64,000 nt of DNA, from the NCBI GenBank assembly GCA_964019335.1, contig OZ025656.1:186001-250000 (forward strand), written 5' to 3'. Below, piece after piece: positions 40,874 through 50,900 of this stretch. The first letter of the stretch is position 1. Every line of letters starts with the position of its first letter. The stretch comes from Diplonema japonicum (lineage: Eukaryota; Protista; Euglenozoa: Diplonemea). The notes below the pieces were generated by a model, which was not told the origin of the DNA, did not search any database, and worked only from the letters and a program-made list of their open reading frames with translations. The translations under genes were made by a program, and so were the position numbers.

Positions 40874-40904
<31 letters not shown>

Positions 40905-41057
40905 GATTCCATTATTTCGAAGAAAATTTTTTTTTCTGGATTGAGGGGGGGGGGGGGGGGAAGAAAGGGAAAAAAAAGTCTTTTCATTTTTTTTCTGTAT
41001 TTTTCCTCCTCCCTTTCCTCGTTTTTTCTTTTCTTTTTTTTCTTTTCTTTTTTTACA

Positions 41058-41100
41058 AGGGCGGCCCTCCATGAGGGGGTTTGCCCCGCACTTTGAGTTT
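41058..41100 (+). repeat. Dispersed stem-loop element, copy D
   Basis: AGGGCGGCCCTCCATGAGGGGGTTTGCCCC followed by GCACTTTGAGTTT. Confidence 0.7.
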
Positions 41101-42724
41101 TTTTGTGTTTGTGTGAATCGCGGATGTGGAATATGTAAGAAATCTTTTGAAGGTGGGGAAAAAAAAAAAGAAATTGAAATAAATGAATCTATTCCCATGT
41201 CCTGTACCCTCTTATCCCTCCCTCCCTCTCCCCATTTTGTTTCTCTTTACCACAATTTTCTTTTTTGATTTATGTTTCTCTTTTTCTTTTTCCGTCCGCG
41301 AGCGTAGAGAGAGGGAGGGAGAAAAAAAAGGTTTAGGCTATATTATCTACCCTACTCATTCTCTCCTCCCTTCCCTGCTCTTAAAGGACAAAAGTAAACA
41401 ATTGATGAAATGGGGCGGAGAAAAAGAAAAAAGAAAAAAGAAAAGGATAGAGGAGAGAAAAGAAGCAGTTGCCCGCTCTCTGTACTTTTACTTTTTTTTA
41501 TTTATTTACCCATTTCACACCCTTTTTTTTCTTTCAAAAAAAAAAACTTTTGTTTCCAGGTGCTTTTTTTTTTCTTTTTTTTTTTTTGATAAAGAAAAAT
41601 CGCAATACAAAATTTGGGAAGGAAAAAAAAAAAAAAAAAGAAAGGAAATTTTTTTTGTTCTTTTAATTCATGTATTAAAGAGGGCTGACCTCAAGTGCAA
41701 CCGTCGTTCTACTTTTGAGTATTCTCTTCCCCTCAAGATGAAGACTTGAGTACTGCATATGATAAAAATGCTTGAAGAAAAAAAAAAAGAACAACGGAAA
41801 AAAAAAGGAGGGAACACAATCGTAGTTTTTTTTTTTTTTCTCCTCCCTCCCCCTTTCTCCCCAAAGGTCTGGTTTTTGCACTTTTTTTTTGACTTTGTCA
41901 AAAAAAAAAAAAAAAAAAAAAAAGTGAAACCTGACAAAATGGGGAGCGGAGAAAAGGAGGGGGAGGGATGAAGGGAGAAAAAAAAATCAGAGGCCCCCCT
42001 CTTTCTTATACATGTGATACCTACTTGCAAAGGTTGTAGCATTTCTAAACTCAAAGAAGAAAAATCTCCTAATATGCTGGGGATGAAAAAAAAAAAAGAA
42101 AAGAAAGCACTTTTCTTTTGCACCCCTTTCTATTTTTTTAAGGCGAATCCTGTCAAATACTGCAGATTCCCCTCAAAAAACGCGTTTTCTTTTTTCTTCT
42201 TTTTTTTTCTTTTCTTATCCCACAAATGGATAAATTGGGATAAAAAGGTTTAAAAAAAAAAAAAAAAAAAAAGATTGACGGGCATAACAAAAAAAATAGG
42301 TCTCAGCACCTGTTTTCTCGTCTTTTTTTTCTTTCTCGTTTGCTCCCTTTTTCTCTGTTCAGTTGCCCGCTAGTTCCCCTTCCTTTTTTCTTCTTTTTTT
42401 TTTTTTTAAATCTCTTTCACTGAACAGAAGGAAAAAAAAAAAAAAAATGAACCCGAATAAACTTTTAAAAACCCTTAAACGAGGACATTATTTCTCCCTG
42501 TTAGTTTTTTTCGTGGGGGGGGGGGAGAACAAGTCAAACCAAGCGTGCGAAAAAAGAAGAGAGTTGTTTCTCTATTTTCTTTTACACAGTGCCCACCTCC
42601 CATAGGGAGGGCAGGCAGGTGAACTGTGCAAGATTAAAAAAAAGAAAAGAAAAGAAAATAGTCTCTCCCGGCAATGAATTTTCATTTTTTTTTTAAGGTG
42701 GTGGGGATAACATGGAAATATAAG

Positions 42725-43020
42725 AAGTACATCAGATGTGTTGTTCGCTGTTGACCTCCTCGTCGGTCATCACCGGTAGCGCCCGAGTGGAAGAACGTAA
42801 CGCAGATGCTCAGGGTGACGAACAGGCAGCAAACTGCACGAGCGCAGAATCTTGGTTACCCGGGACGCCCCGGCTAGGGTTGAGCACCGCACGCATTAAG
42901 GACACGACGCGGAACGCAGAAGAAGCTACTGCTCGGCCGAGGAGCGCCCCCTGTAATCAAGTAGGTAGTTCGTGCTTCATTGCACGCTTAACGCCACCTA
43001 GTGTTGCAATTAAAGCCCCA
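42725..43020. other. High-complexity GC-rich island of unknown nature (ncRNA, small ORF or mobile-element relic)
   Basis: About 300 nt with no homopolymer runs inside a homopolymer desert; no recognisable protein in the frames I read. Confidence 0.4.
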
Positions 43021-43163
43021 TTTTTTTTTTTTTACTTCAATTCTTGTTTTTTTTTTTTTTTTTTCTCCCTCTTTTCATTTTCATTTTGTTCTTCGCACCC
43101 ACAAAAGTTTCATTGCTATTGGTGGACTATTCCCCCTTTTTTTATTATTATTTTTATTGGTTG

Positions 43164-43206
43164 AGGGTGGTCCTCAAGTTGGGTTTGCCCTTAAACATTA
43201 GCCTTT
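43164..43206 (+). repeat. Dispersed stem-loop element, copy B
   Basis: AGGGTGGTCCTCAAGTTGGGTTTGCCCTTAAACAT, near-identical to copy A 39 kb away. Confidence 0.75.
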
Positions 43207-46129
43207 GTTTGTTTTCTGCATAGTACTGTGATCACACCCTTTTTTTAAAAGAAAATCCTTTTCCCCCCTCTCTAGTATCTCTCATTTCTTAATTGTTGAA
43301 TTTCTTAGTTTTCTTTCCCCTTCAGTTTTCTTCCTCTTTCGCACCCCCCCCCTTTTTTTCCCCTCTCCAAAATGTTTCGCCCTTTAGAGAATGTTAAAAA
43401 AAATTAAACTATTTGGAAAAAAAAAAAAAGAAAGAGAAATGACACTGGTCTGGGGAGAGCAAGAAGGAGAAAACGAAAGAAGAGCCCTCTCCTTGTTTTC
43501 CTTGTCCCCCCCCCCCCCCCCCCCAGTGGTGCACGTTCCCTTTCGTTAAGTTTTTAAAAGAAGTCTGTCTGGATGGGTTCGCCGTTGCCTCGGTGAACCT
43601 AGATGTAACTAGGACCCTACCTGTCCGATAGCCATCCCAGAAAAAGGGCGGAGGAAGGGGGAGGAAGGGAAAAAAAAAAAGAAAGAAGGAATTAGGGGGG
43701 AGGAAAGAAATGTTTTAAAAAAAAATGAGAGGTGTAGAGGTGACAGGTGTAGGGAAAGGGGGGGGAAAAGAAAGGGCGTGTGGATGTGTGTTGTTTTTTT
43801 TTTTTTTTTTTTTTTTTTTTTTCACTTCATTTTATTTTATTTTTGACTACAAAAAAAAACCAACTAAATTACGCCCCCATGTTTCCTTTTTTTTTTTCTC
43901 GTTGCATTGAATTTTTTTTTTCCCGGGGATATTCATCAATTGGTTATTTTTATTTTTATTTTTTTATTCCCCTCCACTCCACTTTTGTTCCCACTACTCG
44001 ATCATATATTATAAAAAATAAAAAGAAAAGAAGAAAAAAAAAAGAAAGAAGAAAAAAAAAGAATAATGGTGCACGCAACCATTCATGCACCCGACGATAA
44101 GGGACAGGCCAGCAGCTTGCACCTTTCTGGTGAAGTCCGTCTATTTACATTTTTTGGCCTTTTTCCTGAAATTCTCTTGTGCTAAGAAGAAGAAGATGAT
44201 AAAGAAGAAAGATATATAAACACAAAAAAAAGGGGGGGGGGAAAGGAAAGCACTCTAAAAGTGTGTTTTAAAGCGTGTTTTTTAAAAAAAAAAAGAAGCG
44301 AATGATAAAAAGAAAAAAAAGACCCCCTATTTGCCCCACCCAAGTTAAGGACAAATTCAAAAAAAAAAAAAGGGCAAAGGGGGAGCTTTGATACACCGCG
44401 GATGTTACTCTTGGCGACCTTCACTCCCTCTTCCTACATTTTTTTTTTTTTTTTTTTTTTTTTTGAAAGCAACGAGATTTATTTAAGTTTCGGTTCTTTT
44501 TTTTTTTTTTTTTTTTTTTTGTGGGCAATTTTTTTTTTCTCCCTTCGTTGAACACGCTTGATTTTGTTTCATGTTTTCTATTTTTTTTTTGTTCTCTTTA
44601 CACGTATAATGGGTACGCGTGTTATCCCACCCCCCCCCGAATTTCTTCTTTTTCTCTTCTTCTTCTCCATTCTCTTTTATTCCCTAAGAAAATCGAGAGG
44701 CAAAAAAAATCTTTCTGTATCGCTTCTAGTAGAAAAAAAAAGAAAAAAAAAACCTTAAAGCGGGTGCCGTTGATGTCGCAATTTTCTCCCCCCCCCCCCC
44801 ATTCCTTCCTTTCCCCTCTTTATTTTTCCTGTGGCAATATTAAATGAGAATAGAAATAGAATATAAAAAAAAGATGCTGTTGACTCCTTAATGATCCCCT
44901 AGTCTAAAGAGGGGGGGGGGGGGGGGGTAACATGTATTCATTTAGGGTTGCCATTTACTCTCTCTCCTACAAAATAAAGAACTACTGGCAGCTTGCGGCA
45001 CTTTATTCAGGGATGAAAGCTAAGAAAGTCTACAGCAATCAAAAAAAAAAAGAAAAAAAAACACACACACACCTGTGTCACAGTGCTTGCTGATTAAGGA
45101 AGACTGCCGCCCCATTGGAAAATCTCAAGCCTTTTTTCGGGGCAGGGGAAGGGGGGGGGGGAACAAAATAAAACTTTCTCGCCATCTTTTTTTTTTTTTT
45201 TTTTTTTTTGCCACTAAAAAATTCCTTCTTTTGCCTCTTGTGTTATTCTTTGATGACATGGCGAAAAGTTTTTTTTTTTTAAACTTTTTTCATTTGCCGG
45301 TATCCCTATTTTTTTCTACTTGTATGAATATAATAACAAGCCCCAAATTTTGGCTCACGAGGGCAGGAAAGGCAAATAGCCCGGTTATGAGTTGGGGCAC
45401 CTCCTTTATTATGCTCCCTTTTTTTTTTTTTTTTACAATTCGAGCAGTTTCTTTTTTTTTTTCTCTGGTTATTATGCCTAAGAGAAAAAAAAAAAAGAAA
45501 AAAAAAAGAAGAAGAAAAAAAAAAAAGAAAAAAAAAACAGGGAAGAAACCCTGACATGAAAGGGAGGGGAGCCGTTTTCTCCCTTTAGTCGTGCGTAGAA
45601 ATTTACATTCCTGGAAACGTAGCTTTTTTTTTTTTTCTCTTCAAATTGCGCACCCCTTTCCCCGTCTTTCTTGTTTCTCTCCCTTTCTCGTTTTACCTTT
45701 CTTTTTTTTTTTTTCTGCTTTCTCCTCTTACATTTCCTAGCTCTTCTTCCCTCCAGAAAAGTGGATTTTTTTTTGGACCTTTGTTTGGCAAAAAGGAGGG
45801 TTTTTTTCTTTCTTTCTTTCTTTCTTTTTTTTTTTTATTCCTGTTCTCAAAAAACAAGAGAAAGCCCAACACACACCCCCTTTTTTTTTTAGAGGGGTGT
45901 AGGTCAAGACCCAATGAATAGAAATAAAAACAAGACTGGAATTTCTTTTTTATTTTTTTTTTTCCCTTTAGTTTTCACCCCGCCCTTTCCTTGGGGGGGG
46001 AAAAAAAAATCATAAACAGGGCAGTGAGGGAGAGAGAAAGGAAGGGGGTACAAGAGTACGAAGTACGAGAAGAAAAATATAATATAAAACAAAAACAAAA
46101 AAAATACTTTAAAAAAAAAAAAAAAAAAA

Positions 46130-47730
46130 ATGCCACCACCAGCGGACCCCAAAAGCGATGCCGCTTTTATGAAATTTATCGGGAGAGAATTGGCAATGGA
46201 TGATGAGACAGTGCAAAGGTATGGCTTTTTTTTTTTTTTTTTTTTTTTTCTTCTTCCCCCCTTTACATTCTCTCCCTCCCTCAGCTTGACATCAGGACGA
46301 GCTTTTAAAAAGCAACTACCGGGTTTATGGGAGAAATACCAAACAGCACCAAACACACAACCTACGAAGGAAGCATCGGAAGGCGAGAGTTCTGAGAGCT
46401 CGCTGACGGTAGATGTGGAAGAGGCTGTGGTTGAAGAAAAATCGCAGAGCAGCAACGACGACAGCAGCAGCCTGGAATCACTGAGCAGCAGCTCTGAAAA
46501 AAAAAATAAAAATGAATCTGACAGTGATGACGACAGCAGCAGCAGCAGCAGCAGTCTTGCCGACGACACGGACTCCGTAAACACAAAACCCACACCACCC
46601 GGCCTGTCCAAAGAAGACCAGTTCATTATGTCCCAAGGCTGGGCCACTGACACCGATGACCTGATCGCATTCAAGTCCGCACGAAGTTACGCGAAAAAAT
46701 ACCTCCCCATTGTGGAAGAAGCGATGAAGAACGGTGGGGTCGCTCCGAAGAAACCTGAAGAACAACAAAAACCCGCCCTCGCGGAAGAGGCAGACACCGA
46801 ACCCGAAAAATTCAAAGCAAAACCATACGGCGGCGAGAAAGGACCATTGGGAACATGTCTACTCGTCAGCCACATCCCCACTAGCTGGTACAACATAGAC
46901 GCCAGCAAAGCAATGCTCTCAAAAAGTGCTTACAAATCAGCGCTCTCCAGTATGGGGAACAACACACGAGAAGCGGGTGTTTTGAAGCGAAAACTCTCAT
47001 CTTTTGAAGGCGACGCGGATGAAAACGGTTTTGGAAAGCAGATCACCTCCGTGTTGGGTTGTACAGAAGGTGTTCAGAGCGTGCGGCCATTGACCTTGCA
47101 TGATGCCTTCTTGGGTGCTTGCATTATCCGGTTTACAAATTCCTCCATCGCTGAGAGCACGATGTCACGGCTTCGCGGTGATAAGCCGTCTGGATTAACA
47201 ACCATTAACGTTGCGGTGAAGGGGCACACCCTCAGCGTGTCTCTTACCTTCCCTCCTACAATACCTGAACCGCAGCCTGATGGTCTCTTTACCCCGTTCA
47301 TATTGACCCAACCTCCTGATGTCGTACGTATTAAGAAGAAGAAGCAGTTCGACAACAACAAAGAAAAATGGTGGGAACAAAGCTACAGCAAAAAAGAGGA
47401 GAAAGAAGACCCCGCTGCTGTTCAAAAACAGGAGGTGGAAAAGGCAAAGGAAGAGAAGAAGGTTGAAGCGATATCTGCAGCAAAGGTATGGAGGGGGAGG
47501 GGAGGGGAGGGGAGGGATTGACAACCCCAACAGACGTTCACCGAATACATCATGGCAAAGATGGGCCTCGATCAGGAGTCGTTGGACTCTTACATGTCCA
47601 GTAGGAAGTTTATTAAGGTATGAGAACAGAGGGGGGAGAAAAAAAAGAAGAAGAAAAAAAAAGAAAAAAAAGAAAAAAACATTAACAGGTTAAAGAGAGC
47701 CTGGAAAACGAGTGGAAGGCATCATTATAA
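46130..47730 (+). CDS. 471-aa protein with a split RRM, Ser/Asp-rich tract and three copies of a ~35-aa helical motif; exons 46130-46218, 46285-47485, 47534-47617, 47689-47730
   Basis: Introns 46219-46284, 47486-47533 and 47618-47688 (all GTATG..CAG) give an open frame ending VKESLENEWKASL*. CLLVSHIP and GACIIRFTNSSIAESTMSRLRG are RNP2/RNP1-like. Confidence 0.75.
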
Positions 47731-47875
47731 GAAGAGGAAAAAAAAAAGGAATTGTTTATTGTAAAAGGGAAGAAAGAAGCAGGAAGAACAAAAAAAAAAT
47801 CAACACACACGCCGCCGTCCCCCCACCCCCCTTCATAATCCTTGTTATCATCAATATGCTTGAACATGGTGGATC

Positions 47876-47953
47876 TTTCTCTTTTTTTTTTTTTTTTTTT
47901 TTTTTGTTTTTTTTTTTCTCTTTCTTCCCTCGACCGTTGTTTTTATTCCACAG
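47876..47953 (+). promoter_or_regulatory. Candidate spliced-leader trans-splice acceptor (long T tract then CACAG) upstream of the dynein gene
   Basis: Pyrimidine tract ending TTTTATTCCACAG 30 nt before the ATG; similar tract+AG motifs precede several genes. Trans-splicing itself is inferred. Confidence 0.4.
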
Positions 47954-47983
47954 ATTATAACAGGAAGAGGGGGATGCTGGTGT

Positions 47984-50900
47984 ATGAGGGAGATCGGCAA
48001 GAAGATTCTGCAGAAGGCAGCTGCGTATCTCTTCGACGATGCGGGCGTACACAGGTTGGAAACAACCTCTTATGAGGACATCATGAATGGCTTCATAACG
48101 GGTGGGATCGACGTCTTCAGTTTTGTTGTGTACCAAGATGAACACGAAATGACAATGAACGACGCACCCCCACCACCTCCACAAATAGAACTCGTGACAG
48201 ATCAAAAGGGGTCAAAACGTCGGTCGCGTACTGGCAGCACCGCGGCGGTCATCTTCAGTCCTCGGAAAACAGTTCATTACCAAGAAGGCTGTCATGCTGT
48301 GGGAGTTGGTTTTGTTAGCCCCTACAGGGAGTCGTTTTGTTCCATTCCATCTCCTGAGAGTTTCCACAGTAGGAACCTCCTTCAGATCCTTCCAGGGGGT
48401 TCCCCCACGACATCGAAAAGACGCAGCAGGTTCTGCTCTGTACCTATGGCCGTTTCTACGCTTGAGGAGAAGGTGGACATCATGACAGGTCTCCCACCCG
48501 AGTCGCATATCTTCCATCGTGCGTGCTTTGTGATCCGCCGTAAGCTTCCCAAGTCACTTTCTGACGTGGCCATGGGGCTTATCACATCGCCTTCTATGTC
48601 GCACATAACCAGAGCAATGCTTAGTGTCAACACGAAGGGTGTGAACAGCGGGCTGGTCCTCAATGCCGCCACTGCACTGCGCAACCTCTCCGAAGAGGAG
48701 CTTGCGTACACTGCCATCCCGCACATCACACCTGCTACGCTCAACAGCATCGATAGCTGCAGCAAAGCAATCGAGCGATGGATGTACTTCATGAACGGCA
48801 CTGTGGCGGAGAGCGTTCCGCACCACGAGCATACCATCACGGAGGGGCCTCATGTCGAACTTGACCAGTGGCGCACTTGTCTCCCGAAGTTGAAAGCTGT
48901 CTTGAAGCAGGCAAACCAACCATGTGTGCAGCAGGCACTGTCACTTTGCCCAGTTCATCTCCAGACAAGCTGGAAGGAAGCCGAAAATTGCGTGACGACA
49001 GGCATGAGAGAGGCCAGCGACATGATGCGGCCCTTGGCACGGTTGTCTCAGCTCTTTTCACCTCTGTACGGCGACGACCTTTCCCTGACGGTGACAGCGC
49101 TGCCGGGCATCTTCACCAACATGTTGTTGTTGCAGCACCTGAGCTACCATTACACCGATCTTGACAACATGACACGTTTGTTGAAGCGCGTCAGCATACA
49201 ACTCGTCACCCACCTCAAGGGGGCCATCCTGGAACGTTGCGCTGACGCATCCATCTGGCAGGCATCGCAAACCGAAGAGGGTTTGGACGCCTTGCTGCAG
49301 TGGTGCGACAGCGTGAAACACATCACTGCACTGTGCGAAGAGTCTATGCGAAAAGCCTTCACACAAGCGGGGCTGGACCTGCCTGTGGACGACATCTGCA
49401 GTTGCATCGTGTTGTTTGGAAGGCGTGTCTGCAAGCTAAAACAAGTCTTCCTCGTGTCAAAGCAGTTCAACATGTTCACTAATAGGAACATCCCTGGCAC
49501 CCCGCCCCTCGTGGATAGGTTTAAGTCTACCTTGTATCAGCTGCGTGCGAGCAGTCCCGACCTCTTGGAGTACACGTCCATCGGGTTCGACAAGGCGTGC
49601 GTCATGTTCATGTCAAGCACCACAGAGCTGGAGACGTCTGTGAAGGTGCTCATCAACAACGCCTTCGAGCGCATCACAGACGTGAACAAGGCTTCAGTGC
49701 TGCTGAAGAATTTTCTGGCCATCTTGACGGAGCCCCCTCTGCGTCATGAAGTACACAAAAAGCGCATGATCATACTAGAACACTTCACCTCCGACATGGC
49801 AAAAATGAGCAAGTTGCTGCGGGCGTCGAACAACAAGCCTCCTTTTTACAGGAACGCGCTTCCCATTTCCGCTGCCGTGGGCTGGGCCCGGCTGCTAAGC
49901 AGCAAGCTGCAACACTGCAACGGCGTGTTGAAGAAGGAACACCAGTCAGAGGGGACTTCGAAAATACTGCGGAAAGCGATCATTTCATACAACAAGGTGT
50001 TCAGGGAGCTGGTGGATTATGAAAATGTGTGGATGACCGCATGGGTGCAGTCTGCTGCAGAAGGCTTGAACGGTGTGAAGGAAACCCCCATACTTGTGCG
50101 GGCAACCAAAGGTTCCGAAGACATCCTCGCAGTGCACATCAGCAAAGCGTACATGCTGACCGTGTCGGCTGCCCGCCAGCTGCGTATCATGGGTGTTACC
50201 TTACCTCCTATGTTCCAGGCTGCTCTTGCCCTGCACCCATCGGTAATGGCGTCAAAGCAGCAGCTGCAGGGTGTTGTTGAGGAGTGTGCAGCGGTGCTCT
50301 CCTCCATCCCGTCGTACCTAAAATACATTACACGGCCCCTTGTTTCCACAGTGGAGAAGGTGCTCGAACCAGGACTAAACGGGACGCTCTCATGGGTTTC
50401 GGTGGGCATCACACAGTTCATATCAAGTTCCTCCACTGCAGTGGCCAAGCTCGCCGACGCCATGCAGCACGTGCGTGTGGTGATGAACGACTGGATAGGG
50501 CAGCTCCTGGAATGCCTCGGGGGGTGCAAGCTCATAGACGTGACGCAGGTGCCGTACACAATGGGCGATTTCATTGACGCGCAGATCTCTCATGTTGAGA
50601 AGCAACCCCACTTCATCGGGAAGTGGTGCAGCGCCGTGGAGAGGGGCTGCCACGCTATCGTGGACATCATCCCGAAGGACGAGCGTGGCGACGGTGCAGA
50701 ACGTGGTTTGCTGATGCACTTCCATCGTCAGGTCTGCAAAGAGATAATAAGGGCTACCTGCGCTTCGCTAGACGCCTTGCGAAAGCTTCTGTCACCACGG
50801 GAAAGCTCGAGCGTGTTCATGGTGAAGCAGCCCCCGCCACTGTTCAAGATCTACCTCCGCCTCACGCGCATCGGGTGGAAGATCGACCCGCCTGTAGGAT

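Noticed and set aside
42868-42885. AACCCTA on the minus strand as a telomerase RNA template
   Set aside because: Only 7 nt match TTAGGG repeats, shorter than a usual template; no other support.
42915-43020. GCCGAGGAGCGCCCCCTGTAATC as an SRP RNA 5' Alu domain
   Set aside because: Only ~100 nt follow before a T-run and no helix-8 motif is visible.
33086-46203. Numerous poly-Phe/poly-Lys ORFs in spacers
   Set aside because: Artefacts of stop-poor homopolymer runs.
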